DNA of 32,000 nt from an uncultured Candidatus Saccharibacteria bacterium (GCA_964475295.1 CAYYWC010000006.1:1-32000); one strand, 5' to 3'; counted from the first letter of the stretch, positions 1 to 10,392 are shown. Numbers and translations are program-made. Notes: generated by a model from the sequence alone, not told the origin.

Positions 1-2914
1 CGAAGATGGAGTACTCGGCGTAGGAGCCGAAGGTGCGGGAGGTGTAGAGGGGAGGCGATGTATCCTTTTTCAGCGCGATAGCAGTTTGCGGCAGCCCGTA
101 GGTGCTCGTCGAGCCACTTGCAAGTACTCGCCCAGAGACGCTCCAGGCCACACCACTCAGCGTAGAAGCATTTGGATTTTGAACCACTCCGATACGAGAA
201 CACCCAAGATTTGCAACGTACATCCTACCGTCAGGGCCTCGCTTAACATGCCCACCGCCATTAGCTATACCACTACAATCACGCATTTCTGTACCTGAGC
301 CAAAATGGGCAAGGCGCTGAACCGAACTACGTATTGCCGTACTATCATGCTCCTGTCCATCAATCTTATAGCGATAGAGATTCCCGTATCCCGTTAAATC
401 CGAAGTTGTACTATTGTAGAGACTTGTCACATAGACCCAATCTCCGTCCGGTGAGAAATCGGCCGAGTATGTCATCTGACCAAGCGACCAATTTGAAAGC
501 TCACTTACGGCGCCAGTTGCTTGATTAAACCTCAATAAACGAACTGAGTCACCACCGTAGCTTCCACTGGAATTTATACTTGTCGCTAGAATAGCCCGAG
601 AATAATCATGGTTGAAGTTGATCGATCCAAATCCCCTGTTTCCGCTCGATATTGCTGTTCCAACCGCATAATTTGTGTGCCCGACAGATCCACCACTCCA
701 ATTCTCTGGAACGTAATACGTCCTTATCGTATTCGTACCAGCAAGACTGGCTATAATCCAATAGCCGATCTCATTCCCCTCGGAGTCCTTACGAGGCGCG
801 ATAGACAAGGCCTCACCAAGCACATTATCTGTCGGACCAAAACTTCGTCGCTTCTGCCCAGCGACAACCTCGCCATTACCACCATTGGCTGCCATATTCA
901 CAATCGAATACAGCAAGTGGCCTGGACCGCCAGTACCCGATGTCTCGGACGAATTTGCGATAACAACCCAACGCCCACCGGAAATCGGAAAGACAGCAGC
1001 GGCCTGTGTCGTCGTTGATGTCGAGCCGACCCCTGCGCCATTTGACATAATCGAACCATCTGGGCGGTATATATTCAATCCATCAGTAAAAAATTGGGGC
1101 TCTCCATCTTGGTTGTTTGCGACTGTCGTACCTTCGTTTCCTGAAGCGCATGACGCTGTTTTTCGCGCTGTCACACTAGTTCCACTGTCACCAAAATCCA
1201 GATGTGCACAAGTACCAAAAAACCAGTGCCGTTGTGCTCTACGCAATCTGTCGCGAAGCTCATCGTCAGACGGGACAACACGGACGCTCTGGAGTGTCGT
1301 GAGACTCGTAATGACTTGCGATGCATCTCGGATACTACTCTCAACAAAACCACGCCCCACCTGCACGCTACCTCCGTGAACCTGAGTCTTTGGCCGTTTA
1401 CCTACGGTCGTGCAGCTAAGCCTTGAGTGGTATGCACGAGTCTTACCAGAGCCAGTTGACGTATTGTAGCCCCGCACCGATACACCATAGCAAACTCTAT
1501 CGCCCGCCTCAAGACTATCGGGGATTGTGCTACTGATCGAAGGTATCGTATGTGTACGATTAGAAATAGCCCCGCCACTGTTGCCGCTTTCATGATTAAA
1601 GACATAATTCGTCCAATCTGTAGATGCTCCTGCTGGACCAGTCCTCAATGAACTACAACTCGAGCCAGACGGACGCGAGTAATAGTCACACGCACTATCC
1701 GGACTTGAGCCTACCTGTGTTGATACACTAGATCCCGCAGGGTAGATAATGCGAGTATAGCGAACGTCTGTTTGGTATGACTTTGTCGGTCCACTATTCT
1801 GAACCGAACCTTGCGGATTTAGCGTCTGCCCAGGGACGGACACATCCGGGATACTACTAGCGGTAAAAGAAGGAGTAAGTGTATATGCGTATGGCACGTT
1901 TGCGCATCGATAGCTAGTCGTCCCCGCACTACTATTATTCCATGCCCTTGGCTGCCATTCTATTCGCTGGCAAAGATTATTTCCAACGTTAATCTGAGTC
2001 ACGGTGTAGTCGGTATAGCTTGGATTACCGCCCGGATAAAGGCCAAGACGCACAAATAACGTACCGTTCGCAATGGTCGGAGCAACACTACTGTGATTCA
2101 GGGCCGTAGGCCCACTCCAGGATTGACCGGTAGTCCTGAACGAATCAGGAAATCCCGTACCGCGCAATGTCCAGTAAACTCGCCTATCAAGATTTGCACT
2201 TTGAACCCGCAAGTCGTGGGAATAATTAATTCTCTCACCTGGACGAGCTGTGATATTTGTTTGTCCATATCCAGTCGTTGAGTTGATAGGTGCCGCAGAG
2301 CTTATCTTTTTTATATAGCTTTCCGCACGAATCGTCCAGGGAAGGGCTTTAACCCCATCGCAAAACCAGGCGACATCATCGTTAGACCATGCAACCTCAT
2401 CAGCCCAAGAGCTATGCTCGACTCGATACTGATTGTATACCTGTGTTACAAAAGGGATTGCTCCATGCCCGTATGTCCTCGGTGGATATTCCCAGCCGCC
2501 GCCATCAAACAAGTACGGACCAGAGCCATCCGCTGGGCGATTCTTATTATAAGATGCGCTCCAGTAGTTATACCCCATTTCGTTTGATCCGTTTGGGTGA
2601 CGGACAATATGCACCCATATATAGTCACTGCTATACTCACTACAGGCCGCTCTTACCGTACTCCATGACGTTCCATTATAGAAACCACTACTCGGACCTC
2701 CGCCCGTCTTCGAGAAGCGCTTCCATCCGTGCCCATTTGCTGTGTTCCAGCTGCCTCCAGGGCCTGAGCCACCCCCTCCTGGACCACGTGCGGCGCCTGC
2801 TTGATCAGACAAGAATAGAGACGATCCCAAAACAACAACACCGAACATCACCACAAGAGCTGCCGTAATCATAACGTAACTCCAGATATCCTTACTCGCT
2901 ATCGTTTTTATCAT
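1..2914 (-). CDS. very large secreted/surface protein with an N-terminal signal-anchor; the C-terminal part runs off the window (partial)
   Basis: Absent from the supplied track because it has no stop inside the window. My hand translation of the minus strand from ATG 2914 (MIKTIASKDIWSYVMITAALVVMFGVVVLGSSLFLSDQAGAARGPGGGGSG...) stays open to position 1; I spot-checked the frame at 2760-2914 and 1370-1440. It has a hydrophobic N-terminal anchor and a Gly-rich linker. Later FSPDGDWVYV and GRMYVANLG strand motifs suggest beta-propeller repeats. All track ORFs in this span are short and in other frames. Confidence 0.7.
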   Translation of the reverse strand, partial: MIKTIASKDIWSYVMITAALVVMFGVVVLGSSLFLSDQAGAARGPGGGGSGPGGSWNTANGHGWKRFSKTGGGPSSGFYNGTSWSTVRAACSEYSSDYIWVHIVRHPNGSNEMGYNYWSASYNKNRPADGSGPYLFDGGGWEYPPRTYGHGAIPFVTQVYNQYRVEHSSWADEVAWSNDDVAWFCDGVKALPWTIRAESYIKKISSAAPINSTTGYGQTNITARPGERINYSHDLRVQSANLDRRVYWTLRGTGFPDSFRTTGQSWSGPTALNHSSVAPTIANGTLFVRLGLYPGGNPSYTDYTVTQINVGNNLCQRIEWQPRAWNNSSAGTTSYRCANVPYAYTLTPSFTASSIPDVSVPGQTLNPQGSVQNSGPTKSYQTDVRYTRIIYPAGSSVSTQVGSSPDSACDYYSRPSGSSCSSLRTGPAGASTDWTNYVFNHESGNSGGAISNRTHTIPSISSTIPDSLEAGDRVCYGVSVRGYNTSTGSGKTRAYHSRLSCTTVGKRPKTQVHGGSVQVGRGFVESSIRDASQVITSLTTLQSVRVVPSDDELRDRLRRAQRHWFFGTCAHLDFGDSGTSVTARKTASCASGNEGTTVANNQDGEPQFFTDGLNIYRPDGSIMSNGAGVGSTSTTTQAAAVFPISGGRWVVIANSSETSGTGGPGHLLYSIVNMAANGGNGEVVAGQKRRSFGPTDNVLGEALSIAPRKDSEGNEIGYWIIASLAGTNTIRTYYVPENWSGGSVGHTNYAVGTAISSGNRGFGSINFNHDYSRAILATSINSSGSYGGDSVRLLRFNQATGAVSELSNWSLGQMTYSADFSPDGDWVYVTSLYNSTTSDLTGYGNLYRYKIDGQEHDSTAIRSSVQRLAHFGSGTEMRDCSGIANGGGHVKRGPDGRMYVANLGCSRIGVVQNPNASTLSGVAWSVSGRVLASGSTSTYGLPQTAIALKKDTSPPLYTSRTFGSYAEYSIF

Positions 2915-2924
2915 CTTGTCTACC

Positions 2925-3422
2925 CTATTCCTCATCAGATATCGTATTTGACCGAGACTCTTCCGTGACTAAGCGTTGAATAATGTCCTTATACTCTAGC
3001 AACCCTGCGCTTGTGCGTAAGTTATTATCCGAGAATATTCTTTTATCATGGAGTACCTGTAGTGAGTCGTATGAACGCTGTGCTGCCTCACGATCCTTAG
3101 TATCAAAAGCAGCCCAGAATAACATCACCTGGCATGTTGGATCAGACTCGTAGTTTTCTTTATCTCTGATTTGAGTAGCGAGGTTAGCTAGACCCTCTCG
3201 ATCCATTGAAGGAAGTTTGGCAGAATCATCGCGAAATATATAGTTAGTGGCGTCATTATATTGCTTAACAAAATCGTCTCCGCAAACACTTGGAACAGTA
3301 ATATATTGACTATCTGGATCCTTTAGAGCAATCACAAGTCTACCTGAAGCTATCGCCCAGATACCAAAACCAACCAATACGACAGCCACCCCAAGTAATA
3401 TCCACGTCTTACTTTTCTTCAT
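2925..3422 (-). CDS. small membrane-anchored protein of unknown function
   Basis: Track ORF 2925..3452 trimmed to ATG 3422 (MKKSKTWILLGVAVVLVGFGIWAI). This start is preceded by GGAGGGG at about 5 nt on the minus strand. There is a single N-terminal TM helix and then a soluble domain with no motif I recognise. Confidence 0.55.
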   Translation of the reverse strand: MKKSKTWILLGVAVVLVGFGIWAIASGRLVIALKDPDSQYITVPSVCGDDFVKQYNDATNYIFRDDSAKLPSMDREGLANLATQIRDKENYESDPTCQVMLFWAAFDTKDREAAQRSYDSLQVLHDKRIFSDNNLRTSAGLLEYKDIIQRLVTEESRSNTISDEE

Positions 3423-3488
3423 GATCACCCCTCCATCAATAGACCGTCTCATTAGCCTACTTCTTGTCTGTATACTACCATAGCCGTT

Positions 3489-4670
3489 ATGTCAGAAGCA
3501 ACTAAAAATACAACGAATTATGTTACGATAGAGCCAATGGCTATTCTTACCAGTCTCATGATCATGAGCGGCAGCACCGGTGTCATCCTTGGTGCTCGAT
3601 TGCTTGTACTCCTTCGTCGCTTCACACGTTCTGACATTTCACCACCACCAAGTTCGCTCAAAGAGTTGCCGACAGTGTCTGTCTGTATACCAGCACGTAA
3701 TGAAACCCACGCCATGACACAATGCCTTGAGCGAGTCATCGCAAGTACATACCAAAAGCTTGAAGTCATCGTGCTTGATGACGCATCTGCAGACAACACT
3801 TCGATTCTTATCAAGTCATTTGCACACGCAGGTGTTCGCTTTGTTGAAGGTGGCGAGCTACCGGATGGCTGGCTCGGCAAAAACTACGCACAACATGAGC
3901 TTTATAAGCAATCGAGTGGAGAGTACATTCTCTACCTAGATGTTGACACGCACATCGCACCCCACACAGTAGATAGTCTTATATCCCTTGCACTCACAGA
4001 GAATGCCTCTGTCGTGTCAGTGCTACCGACACGAGATGATGCCTGGCGAAATAGTATCTTATTCGCCACGCTACGCCACTTCTGGGCGATTCTCTCACAT
4101 ACTGTCCGCCATCCGGCTGCCACAAGCAACGCATGGCTCGTACAGAAGGACTTTCTCGACGATAATTTTAATGGCCTTGATCACCTTAAGACGGTCGCTG
4201 CCCCCGAAAGAAGTGTTGCGACCTTTGCGTCCCGACAACGGCAGTATCGATTCTTCGTCAGTACAAAGGAAATCGGCGTATCGTATGAAAAAAAATGGCT
4301 TTCACAGTGCCAAACGAGTATTCGATTGCTCTACCCTTTCTTTGGCGGTAAGCCAATAAGAGTACTTGCTGGCCTCGCTACGCTACTACTTCTTCTGACA
4401 CCGTTTGCTGTCCTTGTCACCGCTCTTTTCACTTCTTGGTACACCGTCCACAGCCTTGCACTTGCCGTCTCAATACTATTAGTTAGTGTATATATGATCT
4501 ATACAGCCCGTGTCTGGCGTAGCGGCTGGCTCGTTGGCGGTATTATCTTTCCACTCATATTGGCACAAGAGTGCTGCTTGCTTATTGCTAGTATGTACGC
4601 CTATGCGACAGGTTCGGTAACCTGGAAGGGTCGACCAATCCGCTATACCGCAAAAGAAGCCGCAAACTAA
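3489..4670 (+). CDS. family-2 glycosyltransferase (GT-A fold) with C-terminal transmembrane helices
   Basis: 393 aa. GT2 signatures VCIPARNE, VIVLDDASADNT and YLDVDT (DxD), followed by several hydrophobic helices (LAGLATLLLLLTPFAVLV..., LAVSILLVSVYMIY...). Confidence 0.8.
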   Translation: MSEATKNTTNYVTIEPMAILTSLMIMSGSTGVILGARLLVLLRRFTRSDISPPPSSLKELPTVSVCIPARNETHAMTQCLERVIASTYQKLEVIVLDDASADNTSILIKSFAHAGVRFVEGGELPDGWLGKNYAQHELYKQSSGEYILYLDVDTHIAPHTVDSLISLALTENASVVSVLPTRDDAWRNSILFATLRHFWAILSHTVRHPAATSNAWLVQKDFLDDNFNGLDHLKTVAAPERSVATFASRQRQYRFFVSTKEIGVSYEKKWLSQCQTSIRLLYPFFGGKPIRVLAGLATLLLLLTPFAVLVTALFTSWYTVHSLALAVSILLVSVYMIYTARVWRSGWLVGGIIFPLILAQECCLLIASMYAYATGSVTWKGRPIRYTAKEAAN

Positions 4671-4681
4671 CTAGCGACCGC

Positions 4682-6328
4682 CTACTTCTTCGTGTCACTA
4701 TGAACTGGTAATGAAAAGCTGAATGTTGATCCATAGTTCAGACGACTTGTTAAATCAACTTCCGTACCTAGCTTCCGAGCAAGCTTTGTCACGACATAGA
4801 GACCGAGACCAGTGCCTCCTGTCTCTCGTGTCCGATAGTCTTCACTTCGATAAAATTTATCAAATACCTTTGTCTGCTCCGCCTTACTGATGCCAATACC
4901 AGTGTCTTTTACGGAGAATACAATCCTATCATCTTGACGATGTGCCGACACTGTCACGCCGCCATCCTTTGTATATTTGATGGCGTTGGTAATAAAATTC
5001 TGCAACAACTCTTCTACATACAGTCTGCTTGCTTTGATCTTGCCAACGCCCGACCTGACATCGATATCCAGTGAAAGATGTTTTTTCATGGCGACAGGTG
5101 TGTATGTGTCGTACAATGACCGAATAAGCCCTTGGACATCAATCACTTCACGAGCATCATCCGCACCGCGCTCAGCCCGAGATAATGCACTAAGGTCATT
5201 CACCATCTTCGCCAGATACACAGTCTGATCATGGGCCATACGAACAGCGTCGACAACCTTATCTTTTGGAATATTAGCTTTCGTTAACATAACTTCAAGA
5301 TTAGACAGAGAACCTTCAACAACCGTCACGGGTGTTCGCAGTTCGTGACTTACCACATTAATAAACTCGTCTCGCTCTTCCTCGAGACTTTTAGCTTTCG
5401 TAACGTCGCGCATAATAATCACATACCCGTCTTGCCCTGCAGATTCTCGTCGAAACGCTTTACGGATCGGCGACACTGTCACCTCAAGACGGATACGTTC
5501 GCCATCCTCAAAGACATACCACAAGTCATCTCGAATTATCACAGACCCCACCCCTCTAAGGAGTTCCGACGGAGCTAGGAGCTCATCATCTTGATCATAG
5601 AGCTTCAAGATCGTATCGATATGATGACCATTCAGGCTATCGTTTGTGTCGAGCAGATCAAGCGAGGCAGCATTATACACACGGATCACCCCTTGCTTAT
5701 CAGTGCTCAGTACAGCATCGGCTAGATTGTTGACAATGGTTAATATTCTGTCTCTTTGCAAGACCTCCTGCTCATGACTGCGCGCAAGCTCCGTCCTGTC
5801 AACTGCCTGCGCCTTGTTGATTCCCATGATGATTAGTCCGCACAGCAGTATCGCAACAAGTACCGCTAAGTCATACGGGATTGCCCCTAGGGTTGCACCG
5901 CCCCACATAATCATATCCAGACACACGGTGGCCATAAAAACACCGATACTACTCAAGACGCCTTTTCTGTCAAAGTAGAGATATGATGCGACAAGAAGTA
6001 CAATCCACAATGCTACGAACGGGGTTACAATTCCCGTCACAAATAGAAGGTAGGCAGCCGCTAGTATGTGGTATAGTCCGATACGAATAATCGCAACCCA
6101 CCGATGCCGTGCACGGAACACAAATTGCCAAATAGCAACCACCATCCATATACTCGTGATGATTGTGAGTATTGTAAAATTAACATAATTCTGACTCTCA
6201 ACAATCTGAAAAGCGTGCAAATAACCGTAGATTGCGAGTATGATTGGCGCGACAAGACCCGCATACCGAAGAATGCGTGCCGATTGAGGAGTATTATGAG
6301 AACCACCCGTAAACATAACTACTATCAT
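4682..6328 (-). CDS. membrane sensor histidine kinase (multi-TM, PAS-like, HisKA, HATPase_c)
   Basis: 548 aa. Multiple N-terminal TM helices, H-box SHELRTP, N-box ITNAIKYT, G-boxes KDTGIGI and GGTGLGLYV. No response regulator is adjacent. Confidence 0.9.
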   Translation of the reverse strand: MIVVMFTGGSHNTPQSARILRYAGLVAPIILAIYGYLHAFQIVESQNYVNFTILTIITSIWMVVAIWQFVFRARHRWVAIIRIGLYHILAAAYLLFVTGIVTPFVALWIVLLVASYLYFDRKGVLSSIGVFMATVCLDMIMWGGATLGAIPYDLAVLVAILLCGLIIMGINKAQAVDRTELARSHEQEVLQRDRILTIVNNLADAVLSTDKQGVIRVYNAASLDLLDTNDSLNGHHIDTILKLYDQDDELLAPSELLRGVGSVIIRDDLWYVFEDGERIRLEVTVSPIRKAFRRESAGQDGYVIIMRDVTKAKSLEEERDEFINVVSHELRTPVTVVEGSLSNLEVMLTKANIPKDKVVDAVRMAHDQTVYLAKMVNDLSALSRAERGADDAREVIDVQGLIRSLYDTYTPVAMKKHLSLDIDVRSGVGKIKASRLYVEELLQNFITNAIKYTKDGGVTVSAHRQDDRIVFSVKDTGIGISKAEQTKVFDKFYRSEDYRTRETGGTGLGLYVVTKLARKLGTEVDLTSRLNYGSTFSFSLPVHSDTKK

Positions 6329-6358
6329 AGTATCACGAGATGCAATCGTGCGAAACTA

Positions 6359-7048
6359 CTATACGACTGGGCTCTCCTGCTTTAGACGAGCACGATGAGC
6401 CTTAAAGTGAGGATCGTGCATCTCGACCAAATTCCAAAAGTCCGTACTATGGTTCATATGAACTGTGTGGGCCAACTCATGAATAAGAACATAATCAATA
6501 AGCTCAAACGATAGCTTCATGAGTGCGATATTTAAGCTAATTGTTCCGTTACTACTACAACTACCCCATCGACTACTTGCGTGAGAAAAGCGAACCTTTG
6601 CATACGACAACTCAGACTTATCTGCGAGGAACTGCAGACGTTTCGTCAAATAGCCTTTCGCTTCTCTTCGCAAGGCAGCTATGACTTGCTTGCGTAGTTT
6701 TTCCTGAACATCATGATCCTCGATATGACATCCCTTTGGAAGTGTGACAATAATTCGTAATCCCTGACGGGTGATACTCAGCGGTGCACCTTCTCTGACG
6801 AGTAGACTGTGGCTCTTCCCGATTTCTGACCCATTACCATACCGAAGTACCGGCCGCTGCGATTCGACCATTACACGTAAGTCATGTCGTGAACTATCAA
6901 TAGCACGTTTTATCATAAAAAGCGGCATAAGCTTTGGTGCGGAAATACGCAGCCTACCGTCTGGTGCAACCTTGATGCGAACCTGAGATGACCGAGCAGT
7001 TCGACTGACCGTTATCTCTCCCAGTTCACGATCATTAATAGTCTGCAT
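6359..7048 (-). CDS. YgjP/DUF45-type (M48/WLM-like) zinc metallohydrolase
   Basis: 229 aa. The C-terminal IHELAHTVHMNHSTDFW (HExxH plus a downstream His) is typical of the YgjP/DUF45 family. Confidence 0.8.
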   Translation of the reverse strand: MQTINDRELGEITVSRTARSSQVRIKVAPDGRLRISAPKLMPLFMIKRAIDSSRHDLRVMVESQRPVLRYGNGSEIGKSHSLLVREGAPLSITRQGLRIIVTLPKGCHIEDHDVQEKLRKQVIAALRREAKGYLTKRLQFLADKSELSYAKVRFSHASSRWGSCSSNGTISLNIALMKLSFELIDYVLIHELAHTVHMNHSTDFWNLVEMHDPHFKAHRARLKQESPVV

Positions 7049-7064
7049 CTCGTACCTGTCCTAC

Positions 7065-7655
7065 CTATTGAATACGGACACGTCGCTGCGGAGGCACAAC
7101 TTTTGCAGCCTTAACGCGCGCAATATCAGGCCCTGAAGCGGTACGCGCACCACTCAAGCGGCGCAAGACAATCTTAAGCTGAGATGCATATGTGTGCTTA
7201 CCGCTGATCACAATGAACGGATCCGCATCCTTAAGTGGCGTGAATTTCTTTATAGCAGTATCGTACACAGCCGCAGAGACACCTTGCTTGAGTGCCCGCG
7301 CTCGTGACGTAGCAGTGTCCGTTTGCACCCATACAAAAAGTGGTTCATAGCCAGCCTTACGTATCTGCTTCTCAAGATTTTTTCGAGATACTTGCGTTGT
7401 CATGTCGCCCTCGTATAAAACTGTTGCGCCTGTCTTCATCATCTGATCAAGCATCAAATCAGCAACACGCTGCACAATCACCTCTTCATCCTTTGAAAAG
7501 GTTGGCTCGTTAAATAGCTCACCCCTGACGGCACCCCAGCTTACGATTGGTGCCGAGAATGTTTTTGCAAAGTGTTCCGCAAAAAAACTTTTTCCCGAAC
7601 CAGGTACACCTACCATGATGACAACATGCGGCACTGCTAAACTCAACGACTTCAT
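7065..7655 (-). CDS. P-loop kinase (AAA_33 / zeta-toxin / PNK-like fold)
   Basis: Track ORF 7065..7793 trimmed to ATG 7655 (MKSLSLAVPHVVIMVGVPGSGKSFFAEHF), which puts the Walker A motif right after the start. The longer form would overlap the divergent glgB start and adds only low-complexity hydrophobic sequence. Confidence 0.65.
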   Translation of the reverse strand: MKSLSLAVPHVVIMVGVPGSGKSFFAEHFAKTFSAPIVSWGAVRGELFNEPTFSKDEEVIVQRVADLMLDQMMKTGATVLYEGDMTTQVSRKNLEKQIRKAGYEPLFVWVQTDTATSRARALKQGVSAAVYDTAIKKFTPLKDADPFIVISGKHTYASQLKIVLRRLSGARTASGPDIARVKAAKVVPPQRRVRIQ

Positions 7656-7728
7656 GACGATAGTATAGCAGATGTTTGACAGATACACCATGACGCTCAC
7701 ATAAGCATAAGCTGGTATACTAAAGACC

Positions 7729-9690
7729 ATGAAGATCCCCACTATTGCTGATATTGACCCGTGGCTTGAGCCGCACAGAGAAGCATTAACCAAGCAGCAG
7801 ATTTATATACGTGAGACGTCTGATAAAATTCTTGAACAGTCGTCACTACACCAGTTCGCGCTTGGACATCTCTACTTCGGGCTTCATCGAACTGACACTG
7901 GCTGGATAGTGCGCGAATGGGCGCCAAATGCAACACGTATATTTCTGCTCTGCGCTGCCAATACTTGGGCCGACACAGAAGCATACCGTTTCTCACAGAA
8001 AGATCACGGCATATGGGAGCTTCAACTTCCATTAGATGCGCTCAACCACGAAGACCATTGCAAGCTTCATGTTCATTGGCGCACCGGGTCGGGTCATCGC
8101 ATCCCATCCTATGCAACATACGTTGTCCAGGATAAAGAAACACATCTTTTTGATGCTGCTGTATGGCAACCCGACAGTCCATACATATGGAGCCACACCG
8201 CCCCAGAAACCCCTCGTGTACCACTTATCTACGAAGCGCACATAGGCATGAGTAGCGAGGAGCCTACCGTTGCCACCTATCGGCACTTTACAGACCTCAT
8301 CCTACCTCGCATCAAGTCACTCGGATACAATACGATTCAACTTATGGCAATCCAGGAGCATCCATACTATGGCAGCTTCGGCTATCATGTATCAAATTTC
8401 TTCGCTGCGAGCAGTCGCTTTGGCACACCGACTGACCTCAAGCGTCTTATCGACACCGCTCACGGCATGGGTTTGCGGGTTATTATGGATATTGTTCATT
8501 CGCACGCTGTTAAAAATGAAAATGAAGGATTGAGCCGCTTTGATGGTACGCTAACACAGTATTTTCACGACGGCGATCGGGGTAATCATACCGCATGGGA
8601 TTCACGAACGTTTGACTATGGCAAGCCAGAAGTCGTTCACTTCCTCCTTTCGAACCTGCGGTTCTGGCTGGACGAATATCAATTTGATGGTTTTCGATTC
8701 GATGGTGTTACGAGTATGCTCTATCACGATCATGGACTTGAGAAGGCGTTTGGTAGTTATGATGATTATGTCTCGTACAATGTTGACCTTGATGCATTGA
8801 CCTACCTGAACCTAGCGACTCAGCTTATTCATACTGTCAATCCCTCGGCCACTATTATCGCTGAAGATGTGAGTGCCTTTCCTGGCCTGGCAGCGCCTGT
8901 CGCTCTTGGTGGAATTGGCTTTGATTATCGGCTCAGCATGGGCGTGCCCGATCTTTGGATTAAAATACTCAAAGAGCAACGTGACGAAGACTGGAATCTC
9001 GGTCATCTTTTTCATGAACTCACCGCCCACAGACCAGAAGAGAAGACGATTAGCTACGCTGAAAGCCATGACCAAGCACTGGTCGGCGACAAAACGCTTA
9101 TCTTCCGCCTTATCGATAAGGCGATGTATGATCACATGCAACGTGACGATACCGACCTAACCGTTGAGCGCGGCATAGCGCTCCATAAGATGATCCGTCT
9201 CCTCACCGCAAGCACCCACGCCGGTGGATATCTCACATTCATGGGTAACGAGTTTGGGCACCCAGAGTGGATCGATTTTCCTCGCGAAGGTAATAACTGG
9301 TCATATCACTACGCTCGTAGACAATGGAGTCTCGCAGACAACCCTGCACTAAAATACCAGTGGCTCCACCATTTCGACACATCACTCACGGGGTTTATTC
9401 AACGCCTTACCGATTCACTATATCACTACGTGACTATCGATGAAGATAGGAAGCTTCTCTCATTTGTCCGAGATGATCATCTCTTTGTCTTTAACTTCTC
9501 ACCAGATACATCCTACACGAATCATACTATTCCAACATTCTCGGGCGACTACTCTGCTATCCTCTCGACAGACAGCGCACCCTATGGCGGTCAGGACCGT
9601 ATCGACACAAAGATGACCTACCATGCCGAAAACCAACAAGTCTCTCTGTACATACCAAGCCGAACCGCACTTGTCCTAAAAAAGCACTAA
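7729..9690 (+). CDS. glgB: 1,4-alpha-glucan branching enzyme, GH13 (eukaryote/plant-like GH13_8 type)
   Basis: 653 aa. GH13 conserved regions DIVHSHA, GFRFDGVTSMLYHDHG, IAEDVS and AESHDQALVGDKT. The FRFDGVTSM form of region II is the one I associate with eukaryote-type branching enzymes rather than classical bacterial GlgB. Confidence 0.85.
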   Translation: MKIPTIADIDPWLEPHREALTKQQIYIRETSDKILEQSSLHQFALGHLYFGLHRTDTGWIVREWAPNATRIFLLCAANTWADTEAYRFSQKDHGIWELQLPLDALNHEDHCKLHVHWRTGSGHRIPSYATYVVQDKETHLFDAAVWQPDSPYIWSHTAPETPRVPLIYEAHIGMSSEEPTVATYRHFTDLILPRIKSLGYNTIQLMAIQEHPYYGSFGYHVSNFFAASSRFGTPTDLKRLIDTAHGMGLRVIMDIVHSHAVKNENEGLSRFDGTLTQYFHDGDRGNHTAWDSRTFDYGKPEVVHFLLSNLRFWLDEYQFDGFRFDGVTSMLYHDHGLEKAFGSYDDYVSYNVDLDALTYLNLATQLIHTVNPSATIIAEDVSAFPGLAAPVALGGIGFDYRLSMGVPDLWIKILKEQRDEDWNLGHLFHELTAHRPEEKTISYAESHDQALVGDKTLIFRLIDKAMYDHMQRDDTDLTVERGIALHKMIRLLTASTHAGGYLTFMGNEFGHPEWIDFPREGNNWSYHYARRQWSLADNPALKYQWLHHFDTSLTGFIQRLTDSLYHYVTIDEDRKLLSFVRDDHLFVFNFSPDTSYTNHTIPTFSGDYSAILSTDSAPYGGQDRIDTKMTYHAENQQVSLYIPSRTALVLKKH

Positions 9691-9699
9691 CCTCAGAAA

Positions 9700-10392
9700 C
9701 TATGCATAAATATGCGAAACCCTCATCAGTAACATCGTAAAGACTAATACTGCGATGACAAAAAGTATCGCATAATGTTTACGAACAAACGTATGAAGAA
9801 AAGGGTAAAGCGCTTTTGTGATCTCATAGGCGACAAAATATCGCGCCATCCGAGCCACCACGGCAACAAGTATGAGCAGTGGTATGAAAAAGTCAAAGTC
9901 AAGCGACAAGTGGTTAAAAACCTTAAACGGCACCCCGGAGAATGGTTGGAAAAAAAGTCCCCATATTCCCCACTCCGAAAACCATGTTTGTACTTGAACA
10001 ATCATCGCCTCATGCACAAAAGGAAGCTGCACAAGAAAGCTTGGTGGCGCATGCCACAGTATACCAATCGTAGCCCCGATGATCGTCCCGATAATATCGT
10101 ACTTTAGCAAGTCAAACTTATGTCGAACCTTCATGAACATAATGAGAAACAACAGAAACTCAGGCAAGACAAACCATATAAACGCTTCAGCGGCTGCCCA
10201 CACGACAATTAACGCATTCGACTCAGGACTCATAAAGAATTGCTCGACAAATTGATTGAATCTCGGCCTCTTTGCCGCAATAGCACGCCTGTTTCGCCAC
10301 CAGAACATCGTCACAAATGGCATAAAAAATAAAATGATTGCCATAAATACGAATAGAAAATTAAAAATTAAACTAATGAAATACTCACCCAT
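9700..10392 (-). CDS. polytopic membrane protein (tentatively DedA/YqaA-like)
   Basis: 230 aa with about 5-6 TM helices. The segment VWAAAEAFIWFVLPEFLLFLI loosely resembles the DedA/YqaA re-entrant motif. The start is uncertain because the longest form overlaps the upstream UbiA gene by 25 nt. Confidence 0.45.
   Translation of the reverse strand: MGEYFISLIFNFLFVFMAIILFFMPFVTMFWWRNRRAIAAKRPRFNQFVEQFFMSPESNALIVVWAAAEAFIWFVLPEFLLFLIMFMKVRHKFDLLKYDIIGTIIGATIGILWHAPPSFLVQLPFVHEAMIVQVQTWFSEWGIWGLFFQPFSGVPFKVFNHLSLDFDFFIPLLILVAVVARMARYFVAYEITKALYPFLHTFVRKHYAILFVIAVLVFTMLLMRVSHIYA

Noticed and set aside
86-2868. Plus-strand and off-frame track ORFs in the first 2.9 kb (86..298, 334..528, 608..1018, 885..1379, 2389..2868 and others)
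   Set aside because: All are short and motif-free, and they lie within the long open minus-strand frame that starts at 2914.
7656-7793. The long N-terminal extension of the P-loop kinase ORF; similar extensions at 12455-12577, 12477-12506, 13021-13068, 14528-14545, 23743-23805 and 28390-28410
   Set aside because: The extensions overlap divergent or upstream genes and carry no motifs. Internal starts have better RBS spacing or place conserved N-terminal motifs correctly.
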